Positions 13,101-25,460 of a stretch of 64,000 nucleotides of DNA are shown here, piece after piece (the first letter of the stretch is position 1; each line of letters starts with the position of its first letter). The notes under the pieces were generated by a model. It did no database searches and was not told the DNA's origin. It worked only from the letters and a program-made list of their open reading frames with translations. Source of the DNA: Camelus dromedarius (lineage: Eukaryota); the NCBI RefSeq assembly GCF_036321535.1, contig NC_087436.1, positions 89,034,001-89,098,000 of the forward strand, given 5' to 3'. The translations under genes and the position numbers were made by a program.

Positions 13101-13619
13101 ACACATTCTATTTAATTCTTGGGATACGTGAAATTTGGTGTGCAATATTCTCTGGGAGGATTCTCTTAGAACAGTTTGGAGTGTTGCAGTTATGAAGTGT
13201 AGTCCCAGCTTCAAGAGTTAACACCCCGTAGAACCTAAATTCAAAAGCTTTTAAAAAGGCAAACTTGGGTAAATGAGGGAAAAAATGAAACTTTAAATAA
13301 AAAGTTTCCTTTTTCCATAAGTAGTAGTAATTAACGTGGAAAGTCCAACTCTGCTAGACTGGCAGAATCTAGAATGATGGTTTTAGGATTCAGTTTGTTC
13401 AGTTATAAGCAATGGAAAAAAATCTCAATGACCAGTTGGCACAGACCCTAACCTGGGTTCAACTGTGACTTTGCATATTTTATCCATTTCGAGGTTGTAG
13501 ACATAGGCTCTCTGGGACTAAAATAACTTGGGGGAGGGTGTGGGGGACACCTGCCTCACCAGGTAATGTCTGTGAACCTGAAGTCACGTCCGTTATGGAA
13601 ATGTGTTTCTCCATAGCTA

Positions 13620-14110
13620 AGTTTACCAGCATCAGCTATTTAATCAGCATGAGCAGACTCTCTACCATGGACAGTATAACAGATGTTTGGGGCAATACAA
13701 AAGAATCAGAAAATGGGGCATTTACCTTTAAGGACCTAACACTTTATTTAGGAAGGCAGAACATCTATTTGCAACATTACTAGAAAACAACACAAATGAA
13801 ATAATATTATTGGACAAAATGGCCATGAGAGTTAGTTAAGGGAGTGGGGGAGAGGGTGAGTGAACAGAATGACAGCAGGCTGCTCGCGATGGCTTTTTGG
13901 ACAATGTTGGCCTGATTCATACTCCAGCATGAGGGAGGGTCTAGAGGAGGAAGATCTGGGCAGTGGGATAAAATGTAAAACTTCAAGCACAGCAGTGAGA
14001 ACTTGGGGCTGACAGGTGGCTGTGGCAGTGGGAGGGTAGGGAAAGCTTGAGGGTGAGCTTGCTTGAAGCTGAGTAAAAGGAATAATGAGAAATAAAATGA
14101 GCATGAATGA
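13620..14110. mobile_element. Degraded L2-like fragment
   Basis: Purine-rich decayed L2-like text (gggcaatacaaaag...tttacctttaaggacctaacactttatttaggaaggcagaaca). Confidence 0.4.
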
Positions 14111-14474
14111 TGGAGAAGACTGAGGTCAATCATGAATTCATGAATAAATGATTCATAGTGAGCCAAGACACGGTCTCCAAGGTGTTAATGTTAACTTATT
14201 AATATTTCCCATAGCCTCTTGGTTTGCTAATTATGAGGTCCCATAATTAGCTCAAGAGAATAATGAAAGACTTTTGTGCGGGGGATGGGTGAAGGATGGC
14301 AGAAAAGTTAAAAAAAAAAAAAAACCAACAAAAAACCAAGAGTAAGAATGTTCACTGGCCATAGTATCTAGCTGTCTAGAGAGGAAATTACTCTCTTGCC
14401 TGCTACTCTGCACGCATCTTTGGACTACTCAAAACCTGAATCATCAAGGTAAAAAGATTAAATCCAGGAAGTTT

Positions 14475-14690
14475 CATGGAGAGGAAAAAGCTTTGCCTTT
14501 GGAGCCAAGGAAAAGTGGGATCGAATACTAACACCACAATAACCAGTTATCAGATCTTGGATAAATCATTTAACCTATTGGAGCCTCTATTTCCAGATAG
14601 TGGTATTGTCATCATAACTTCACGGCATTGTAGTGAAGGTCAAATCATGAAATCATGTGTAGGAAAGTGTTTTCCAATGCCTGAAACCAA
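14475..14690. mobile_element. MIR-like fragment
   Basis: atcttggataaatcatttaacctattggagcctctatttcc resembles the MIR core. Confidence 0.55.
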
Positions 14691-17600
14691 AGTGTGACAG
14701 TCTCCATTGGATATCTACCCCCAAACCATTCTCCACCTCTCTTTTTACCCCCAGGCATTGGGCAGCCATTTAATAAGTAAACTTCCAGTTTTATCATGGC
14801 TGTGCCTAAAACATTTGGCAGATTTAACTGGTTGAGTAGGGATGGGGCGGAGGTGGGAGAAGCGGGGCAAGGAGCGTGGATAACAGGTTCTAAAGGCCTG
14901 GAATCTTTTCCAGCTAGATGGGAGGCTGCTTCTTGCCCGAGAGCTCAACTCTGTCTGCTCTTGCCCTTCCCAGACACAGGACAGTGATGGCGTCTAGGAT
15001 GGGAAGGAACATTGAAGGGCACTGTAACAGCATTTCTGCTGGGAGGCTGCTAAAAGTTGGCTTTTCTACTCAGGGGGAGCATTTCATGGCCATTCCTGAC
15101 TGAGTCAGAAAGGGTGGTCTAAGCCATCCACATCTTCCAGAGATAAAACTAGAGCCCATGTTGATTTATGTTATCGGAGACTCTCCAATGCTCTTAAAGG
15201 GAAATATTGCAGTGTAGACCATTACTAAAATCATAAAATAAATTTTTGCTACTTGTCTGAAAATCTAATTGTGCATTCTATATATATTTTTTAAAGGGAT
15301 ATAAAGAAGTTTTGAATTCAGTTCACTTTATACCAGTTGGCTTACTCCCAAAGTCATGCAACAATGAATATTACTAAATTTGTGGGGCCATGTTAACAGA
15401 GACCACAGGACTCCTGTATCTTTCTGGTAACCTCCTATACAAATGGACATCTCTAAAATGCCCTTTGAAATTCCGTTCTGGAAGGGAACTTGGAGGTCAT
15501 CTGGTGCTATGTCCAAAGTCACACAACTGCGCAGTGGCAGTGACAGCATAAAGGCCAGGTCATGAGAGCCTAATTCCAAGGTGTCTTCTGTCCACTATAA
15601 TTTCCTTCTTCATACCATGCAGCTCATTTATAGTTAACTGTGTAAGTTTAGGCTGCCCATTGTTTGGAATATATTTAGAGAACTTTCTTTTCTCTATATA
15701 TGGAAATGTTGTTTGGAGGAAGAAGATTTTCTATATGTTATATATGTTATAGGGGCAATTTGGACAGTTTGCCTTGTGACCTGTCCAATTATTAACTATA
15801 TTTAATGTCTACTAGAAGGTTGAGCAGGGATAGGTAGAGTAATTCATGGAAGTGGAAATTTGTAATAGGAGTAAGAGCCAGAGAGGATGAAGTGGGTCAA
15901 GTTCCTAGAGGAGAGGCTGTAACTAGTGGTGTGCCATGTCAATGATAAGCCGTTCTGGGAGGAATAATAATAGGTTTTTAAATGGTGTCCAGTCAAGATG
16001 GAAGAAACATATGAATGAATGAGTTTGATGAAAAAGAATCGATACGGTGTGAATTCACCACGTAACAGTTATAATGTCAGGAGTTGGCCTTATCATCAAA
16101 CTTTGGTGTGGATAGTGTAATTTTCCTAGATTTGAGGTAATGCTTTTTATTTCCACTTCATTTTGAATTAAGTGGGGAGAGAGAAGGTTTAGATAAACAT
16201 GTATACTCTTTATATAAGGGACAGAAAAGCAGAAAAGAAAAATAAACCCAAAGCAGTTCAGAGGAGACTACTGTGATTACACAAGCTATCTCTAAAGGTC
16301 TTTTAGAGGCAAAAGAGTAGGACTTTGGGGAAATTAGTAGAATTTATTGTTTTTGTGGATTCAATTGAAGATACACAGTATGAGTCCAAAGAAGCTTAAG
16401 CTTTCAGCTATTCATGGGCAAGACCACTTACGAGGTTTAGAAATGGGAAAGAGGAAAAATTAATGAATTGATTTCACTGGGTTAAGGCATGAGGCAGGAC
16501 AGTATGTGGTGCTGGGAAGGAGAGAACACAAGAGAAGTAATCTATTGCCAAGCTTGCAAAATGCACAAACATACCATATTTTAGTAGTTTTCACCTGTAA
16601 AAAAATTACATTGGAAAATGTTCCCCCTTCCTGTTTCTCTTGCAAAGGAAACCCAGGGAGAAATAGGGGCCAGACAGCAACACTGATTGCTCTTTTTCGT
16701 CTTTTGGCTTCCAGATGGGGCTGTTCTAAGCTAGTGAATCTGTGACCCTGTGTGCCTAAGGCAGATGCATAATATTATTTGCTTCTCTTTTATGGATTTA
16801 TTTTCCCACTGTCTTTAGGACAGAAAATGTAGGTAGAGCTGTTCATGAGAATGGTTTTCTTTCCTAACTGGTTCAGAAAGATACCTCCTTTTCCTCCACT
16901 GAATTCCTACTGAAGCCTTGGTGATGAGTGCTGGTTGCTCCAGGACATGCAAAGTACCTACCGGCCCATCAGGACTGGTTTCTGGTCCCTTGATGGACCG
17001 AGAACTTTTTAAATTAAGAAAAACCAAACAAAACCCACAACGGTTAGACCTCTTCGGTTTGAATAAGGAAATTCTCGCTTTGGAGAAGTAAAAGCAAACT
17101 CAAAGCTCTTTACACTTCTCCTCCCAGGAACTTAGCATTTTCTGGTTTGCAATTCTTCTATTGAAAAGGATTTCCTTTCAAATGTTTGCTTGTGAAATGG
17201 CAGTCTCTGACGATTAAGTTTTCTGTCAGTTTAGTTGATTTCAGTTATGTAGAAAAAGCAGGATTTAAGTAAAAGCACAATGTGTCCTGGACCTAGAAAT
17301 TGACCTGACTAGTTCCAATAGGGCATTTTTTTCTTATTCAGTTGATGGTGGGCCCTAGTTGGCACATTTTGGAACCCAGATGTCTCACAATGATGGCTCC
17401 CTGCACTCTCCTGGCACTTAAAATGCTGGCAACAAAAGCCCTGCCTTACTAAGTTCTTATCTCCAGGAAAGACATGGTTCACTCTCAAATATTGCCAAGA
17501 AACCAATCTATGTCCCTGCTTGCTTGGATATCAGAATTTCTGGAGACACCATCACCTTCTCTGGGACTGCCAGTTTGCATGGAAACACATCTTATGGCAT

Positions 17601-20600
17601 AAGATGCCACCATTCTGAAGACTCTTTCAAGAATACCAGGACTTGGGAGAAATATATTTGAGAACATTTAATGGCCAGATCCTCTTTTAAGTATAACTAG
17701 CACATATGGAACATATCCTGGGCCCCCGGTTGAAAAGCACTTGTTTTAATACCCAGTCCGTTTATACCAATATTTCTTTTTCCCTTTCAAAAACAGTGAC
17801 ATGGTTACTTCTGGATCTTTCAGGCATGAATCACCCAGTTGGTGTTACTAATGTCATTTGCTATCTCTTTCTTTTTTCCTTCCCATCATTTGCACATTTG
17901 ACTGTTTACCCTGGTCAAACCCATCTGTCCATTTCTGTTCCTATTAACAGTTTTGGGAAACCTTGTAGAAAGAAAGAAGATAGAAGCTAAAGCTATTGGT
18001 GCAAATAAAGCTTTGGATTACCTGTGGCTTTTGACCATCACTTCCATTCCTGACCCCTTCAACAGCATGGGTAATTCGGTATCTGAGTATATGAATAGGC
18101 ATGAATGGCTGATAAGAACACGTCTACTTTTCACGGCACTGTTCCAGGAGCAGCTCACTACGGGGTTCCTGTCTCTGGGGGTGTGCTGTTCCCGAGCCCC
18201 ACAGGTGTGCAGCCTTCTTGGCAGCTCCATTCCCTTTCAGTGGGGTTGGGGCATGAGGCAGTGATCACAGACATCTGGCAGAATTACACGACTGCACACA
18301 GAAAATGGCAGAGAAAGAGCAAGAGCTAAAAATGATTCTGGTTTGGGCCCAAATCACTGGTCAGTTCACTTCATGAATAAAAGCAAGTGCCTTGTAAGCT
18401 TACAGTATTTACAATGCTCAGATTTTTTCAAACATCCTCCCAAAGCTGAGGACCACCACGCAACAGGGAACAGTTCAATGAACTATGTACAGAATTTACA
18501 AGGAAGTTTACATAATATTCTACATTCCATTAGCAACTTTACCTCCGTGTTGACTATTTGCTTTCAAGCAACAGATGTTTTTGTTTGTTTCTCTGTATTC
18601 CTCATCCCAGTAACTGCCGATTGAACCAACGGGAACAAATACTTGCACATTACTCTACCCTCCCTCCTGGGATAAATATATGATTACATTTTGCTGAGGG
18701 AAAAAAAACTGTGGCATATCACCCTTTGTAAAATACTATTCAAAATTGTCCACAGAACAAATTTTGGAGCTTTTTTTCCTTCTAGCATCAGAAATATATA
18801 TTTTTTGTCTGTTTATTTAACTTGGCAAATTGTGATTGAGCTCTTTCTAATGAGTATTTATAAAGGAGTCATTGATTTAAGAAAGATGGGATTTTGTCAA
18901 CATTTCTGTGTATTGTACATAATGCTTGTTTAAGGAAAGCCTATCCTTAGATCCATAAACCAAACTTTATTCTCTGCACCACATTTTCTCTTTGCATTTT
19001 CAAGGTCCTTCATTGGTTGAAATGCACAATAAAGATGGTATATATGCAAACATGTATCATTTAATCAGCAGAATCAGCCACCAGTCTGCTGTTTCTATTT
19101 GGCAATGGAGAGGTTGGAGGCAACAATCCTGGAGGATTCAAGCCCCAAATGTGTCTTTACCTGGGTCTTTGCCTCACAAAGCTGGTAAGTGTAATAATGC
19201 AAGTGTCACGCCTGATACTTTAAGTCAAGGAGCATGAGTGGTAGGAATGCATGTGTGGTCATCACTGTCAAATGAATGATGGGATTTCTGCTGGGTCTAC
19301 ACAGGGTAAGTCTACCACACAATTTACATCACAGTTTCCAAACTGTGAACACGGGATCGCTTGGACGTGAGTGTGGCATAAGAGAATATGTCCCTGCAAT
19401 TTTCAGTGTCTGCTGCCCCTTCAAATGCAGGAGATTATGGCTATTTTCATGGCTAAAACCAAACAAAGCAAAACAAAACAAAAAACTCAATGATAGTTCA
19501 GTAGTAACCCCTCTATAATGTAATGATCCGAATCTTTCAGGAGTGGGGAGCAGTTTGAGGGCCCTGAAGGATGCCTAATGACGTTTATGTTTTATGTATG
19601 TCGTTTTGGGCAAGACAAGATAGAGAGGCAGAGAAGGAAGGACTTTTTTCTATGTGCTGTTCAGCCTGGAAGGAGAGTGGGTGGGGGCCAAGGAGAGGAG
19701 GATTTGGCTAGGTGTCAGAAGAAGGAAGTGGGGACAAAGGTCATTAACTAGAAATACATCAACGTTTCCATTTTTCTGGCTGCTCTTGCCTCTAAAATCA
19801 GAGCTGTTTAATCGGATTTGTGTAATGCTGGTTGTGACCATCTATATCCCGGAGGGCCCACAGCAACACCATTTCGTGTCAGGTTTACTAGTTTTACAGT
19901 TTACGAAGGTTGATATAAGAGTTCAAAGTATTTTTTTTTCTTCAGTGATGCTTTACATCCAAAACCACAAGCATCAAATTCTTCAGACTTTTAATGCCAA
20001 ATAATAATAAAGATATAAATTACTCAATATTTTCCAAGAATGATCTAAACAGGTAAATAAAGAAAAATTGTTTTGCTCGGGAACATAGATTACAGATACT
20101 TCATTTCTGATTTAGAACTTCATCCTTAGAAACTTTTTAAAGAGCTTGGACATCAAAATGATTCCTCCTAGGTATCTGCCCAAAATTGCCTTTCCAGTGT
20201 TTAAAATAAATGGCTACACAGTGATTCCTGGGTGGGCATTGGGAATATTAACCTGAAGGTCACTGGTATGGCCACATTCCACTCTCTTTGGGCATTTTAC
20301 AATGGAAAAGCATCTCACCCTGCCAAGGAACCAACGAATCAGAATTTCACAGTGGATCACTCCACCCCTAGAGACTGGAGAGTTCCTTGAAGGGAACTAT
20401 GATTATACAACTGAAAACCTAAAGGAAAATTTGGTCCCCATACTCAACTAATTTCTCATGAAACTACTGAGATGATTTTTCCAGGTAAAGCAGAGTTTTT
20501 ATATTCTTACTAACATATATTATCTATTGCATAACCATTTGTTTCTTTTGGGGTTCTCTTTTCCTCTTGCTTTCTAAAATAATATCTTGTAACTCTCTCT

Positions 20601-22391
20601 CCTTGGGTTTAACAGTAGGAAATCAACCCTCTCTTTTCAATTAAGAGGATCATTTCTAGCAGCTGATGCCATTGTGAACACAGACCCTCATCACAGCCTT
20701 AGGGAGAAATCCAGATCATCAAATGAGGCAGTCATCCCTATTACGAACTGAGCTCTTACATCACATCCATAGATCGGGTTCCAAATTGCCTTCATGACTG
20801 GTTGGTCAGCTTTGGATTTCACTCAACCTTGCAAATGAATGTATAGAATTCTTATACAGGCAGGCTGAACAAAAAAAGTAGTAATGAGGCTTCAATGAAA
20901 AAAAGATGAGATGAGTCTCAACTGTAGTTGGTTGGATATGTGTAGAGTCGTGTGTTGAGCTACTGAGGGATGCTCCTTCTAGGATGACCAAAGTAATCCA
21001 TCAGCAGAGATAAGGCAGAGGCAGTACTGACTGCAGACAAGACTCTATACTTTAGGGCTGCTGTAAATGAAGACTCAGTGATGTTGTTATCTGTGGTTTT
21101 GCTCCTTTGAAGATTTTCTCTCAAAATTTGGCCTCGATGGAGAATGACATCAAATGGGTATAGGTGCATCTCCCGAAGTGTTCATTTCGCATTTTGGAAC
21201 ACAGAGCTCAGAGAGCAGAGGCGGGAAGTGCTAGCCCAGGAACTAGCGCTGTGCAACTGGCCCGTCCCCATTAGATAACTGCTCTCTGGAAGGCTAAGAA
21301 ATATATACTATTTGATTGAAGATTTGGCAGTTCGGGTCACTGCCCAGGCACCCTTTCAACAGTACATAAATCTTGCCTTCTTCATGGAAAGGGCAATATT
21401 TTTCTCAAGCAAAAATTTCTTACCCCCTGCTTCTGCAAAGCCCACTTCCCCCAGCCCCCTTTCTCTCCATCTCTTGGAAGGAGGAACTCAAGCAATATGA
21501 TGCCATGGCTTCATGGCACAGAGTCAAGTGCGTCCAGGCTAAGGACATGAATCAGGGCTGCTCATTTGAAATAGTCTGTTACAAAAAAAAAAAAAATGTT
21601 CATTGTCCCCCAAATACTCTATTCTCAGTAAGGAAAGTAAAATGTTCCCAATGGCTACTAGATTGGATTCTAACGTTGATATTAAATCTGCCTGGAAGTC
21701 TGAGTAAGAAGCGTTTTTCAAAATATCCAGCTTCATGGGGTGGGGGGCGAGGGGCCGGTGAAGATGACAGATTGCATTCGCATAACCTGGATCAGCACAC
21801 GCCAGCCTCCCTCTCTTTCTCCGAGGAGCTGGGACCCCCTTCTATGATGGACCTGGGGCAACTTGAGGGTGGAGGGAAGTCTGTCTTCCTCTTCTAGGCT
21901 CCTTTTTGTTTTCCCTTCTTCCTGGAAATCTGTAACTTATCAATGGCTTTGTTTTTTCTTCTGAGATCCTGGAAATTGTGTTGTTTTTTGGCAGCATGAG
22001 ATTGTTACAGTTTACCAGGAAGCAGTGCACACAGAAAGCGAGGTCCATTTTCGTTTAAAAAATAATCAGTAAAATCCAGGACAATCAGGACTGCTAAAGA
22101 TCTACCTATCTAATTTCTCTCTTTGCGTGTGTGGGTTTGTAAACATGGCAATTAACAGAGCTCTGAAAGAGCCAATAACCTGGACCACAGTAGACTGAAA
22201 AAAAATAGAGCTTTTTTTTTTTTTTGAAGTAAACATGGTGCAGTAATAAAATTGATATGCAAGACCTAAAACCAATTGGATGGCTGAATCTCTTACCTCG
22301 AAAAATCACAGCAGTATCGCTGCTGGGGACCTGTGGGGTTAAAAACCAAGAGAAGAGGACAGAAATTGTTTACCAACCCTTGGGACAGACC

Positions 22392-22879
<488 letters not shown>

Positions 22880-22880
<1 letters not shown>

Positions 22881-23105
22881 CTATCTACCTATCTATCAAT
22901 CTAACATCTATCTGTGTATCTATGTATGCATCTGTCTGTCAGTCATCTCTGTCTACAATCTATTTATCTAGTCCATCATATAATCAATCAATCTAATCTA
23001 CTGTTTATCTACGATCTATCTAACCCATCATCTAATCTACCGGCCATTTATTATCTGTCTAATCTAATATATCCATTCATTCATCCATCCATCATTTATC
23101 ACCAC
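22880..23105. repeat. Degenerate (TCTA/TCCA)n simple repeat, followed by AT-rich low complexity to about 23370
   Basis: ctatctacctatctatcaatctaacatctatctg...catccatccatc is directly visible. Confidence 0.85.
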
Positions 23106-24295
23106 TCACAGAACACGAGTACATATGCGTGCGTGTGTGCACACATGTGTGTTATGGTGTTTTCTGTGAGCTCGCATAAGAATATACAATATATAGTTAT
23201 TATATATAATACTTACATGTTATATATAAATATATGAAATGTATAATTTTTGTTATTAATAACTACCATTTACTGAATCCACATGTATATATACATTATG
23301 TGTAAACATATGTTTTGTAACAAGAAAAGATGCCATATGTATATGAAAAAATGCCATATATATGTATACACAAAAGTGATACATGGAAACATTTAAAACT
23401 GGAAGCAATCAGGAAACAAAAAATAAATAGTAAAAATTCATAAATTCACCTTCGGAGTCCATTATTTTTAACATCTTGCTAACCCACCTCTCTTTTTTTC
23501 TATTCATATATACTTACAAACACAGGCTCACCTAGTGTATTTTGCTTTGCAATCTGCTTTTGTAGTTAGTAGTATAGTCTGGTCACCTTTCCATGTTAAT
23601 AAATATTCTTCTGTGGCATTATGTATCATAGCTGACATGGATAAACCATAATTGAATCAGTCTATCTTTGGATGTTAAGGATTGCTTTACTTTTGTACTA
23701 TTAAATAAACAAACCTGCAAAGAATATTTTTTAGCTGAATCTTTATGCATATCCATAATTATTTCCTCCAGCTAAATTGCCAGAAGTGGGATGGATTCAC
23801 GGGTTGAAACGATATGCCTGATTATACTTTAGTTTTGTGTCTCCACCATTGTTCACTGTTACTTCCTACCATTCCAGTGATACGTCTCCCGGGCTCCCTG
23901 GCTTTTCTCTATGCTATGCCCACACATACACTTCTGGAACTACAGGAATCGTGAGTACCTTTGGCCTACAATGTGGCTTTAACTTCAAGCTGATGTACTT
24001 TGCAAACTGATTTATCTGGAGGGGATATGGCTCATTCATGCACATGAGTCTGAAGTACTTCCAAGGGCAGTCCAGGCAGCTGTGTTTAAATTTAGAGTTA
24101 TTAGCACAGTGCCTGACTTATTGTAGGTGCTCTTTAAATACTTTCAGATGACATTGACCTCAGTGAACACTTATGGAAAGACCAAGGTTTGGGTAGGTAA
24201 GCAAAGGACCTGGTGAGGAAGAAAGAGAGAAAAGCATAGAAAGAGGCAAAGACAAACAGAGAAAGAAAAGTATAGAGAGTGAGATGTGATGGTGG

Positions 24296-24808
24296 TGAGA
24301 CAGGAAGGAAGGAGGTAGGGCACAACCATTAAAAGAATGACATAGCCGTTGAGGCTACAACACAGAGTGGTTAGAACCAACTAGGCCCAAAATGGTGGAA
24401 GATGTGACTTCCAATATACCTTCAGCCTGCTTATACGCTCATTGTAATACACTAGTGTGCTAAATGACACACTCACAGGTGCCATGACAATTCTCAGGCT
24501 AACCTAAAAGGTAAAGTTGGTGGTAACCCAATTCCAGGAGATCCCTGCCCCTATCCTTAAAATAGTTGGAATAATCCTCCCACTTGCTAGCACGTGAAAT
24601 TACCCAGCCCATAAAAACTAACCACCCGCTCACCCCAGGGTGGCTCTCACTTTCTTAGATGACCCCGTGCTCTGGAGTTGCTCTCCCTTCAAGACAAACC
24701 GCATTGTCTATGGAATGTGTATCTCTCTAAATAAACTCATTTTCACTTCACTATGGCTCTCTCTTGAATTCCTCCCTGTGTGAAACAAGAACCTACTCTC
24801 TGGTAACA
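24296..24808 (+). mobile_element. ERV1-class solo LTR (513 bp), antisense to GABRB1
   Basis: TG...CA ends with a perfect 4-bp duplication GTGG (24292-24295 and 24809-24812). TATA-like cataaaaa near 24610 and AATAAA near 24730. Confidence 0.85.
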
Positions 24809-25329
24809 GTGGTACATCCATCACAGCTGAGATAGCTAAGATTTATTGAGTGTCCACCATGTGCCTAGTATTACGGTAGATGCTTCATATATATTTCTTG
24901 TTTAATACTTACAACAACAATCTGCCTCAAGTTTACACCCCAGTAAGTGCCAACCCATGTCTTGTCTATTTCAAAGCTTCTGAGATTTTTTACTGAGAAT
25001 GAACCATTTCATACCCCTCGGCCATCAACACAACCTGCAGTGAAGTTAGTGATGCAGTTGATGGCTTTAAGATTCAAGCTGACTAGAGAGAGAAGTGGTG
25101 GCTGAATCTGGCTTCTATCTCTCCCTCCATTCTCACCTATCACCGTTTTCCTCTGTGAAGGATTTTGCTCTGGTCTAACTGGGCTGCTCACTTTGCCCTC
25201 ACTCAGCATGCTTATTGGTTTCTTTATTCAAGGAGTTATTATTTATTTTGTTATTATTAGTAGTAATTACTATGTGTTGAATCCTGCTGTGTAATTGTCT
25301 CAGTCATTTTTCATCACACTATGAAATAT

Positions 25330-25460
25330 ATAATGTTATCCTAGTTCAGAAGATGGGGAAACTGAGGCTCAGATAGGTTAAGTAAATTGCCTAAAATCAA
25401 ACCAATAGTAAGTACCCAATTTAGAATTCAAACATAGGATACTCTCTGTCTCAAATATCA
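25330..25460. mobile_element. MIR fragment
   Basis: agatggggaaactgaggctcagataggttaagtaaattgcctaa is a MIR core. Confidence 0.7.

Larger units (their letters stand above)
10125..22391 (-). other. GABRB1: GABRB1 3' UTR (proximal part certain, distal extent inferred)
   Basis: Follows the TAA at 22392. Repeat-poor, with minus-strand AATAAA at 18966-18971, 18812-18817 and 10147-10152 among others. Confidence 0.5.

Noticed and set aside
13655..13680. REST/RE1-like accatggacag, and tgagcaccatg near 37769
   Set aside because: Only half of the 21-bp RE1 consensus matches in each case.
11335..16951. Five RBFOX UGCAUG motifs on the mRNA strand of the putative UTR
   Set aside because: A few copies of any hexamer are expected over the 12 kb UTR; I could not show enrichment without a background test.
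21373..21897. 174-aa plus-strand ORF
   Set aside because: Antisense to the GABRB1 3' UTR, runs through a poly-A tract, has no ATG start and shows no homology I recognise.
23060..23105. YCAY (NOVA) cluster near the last-exon acceptor
   Set aside because: The TCAT/CCAT repeats are on the plus strand, antisense to the GABRB1 pre-mRNA.
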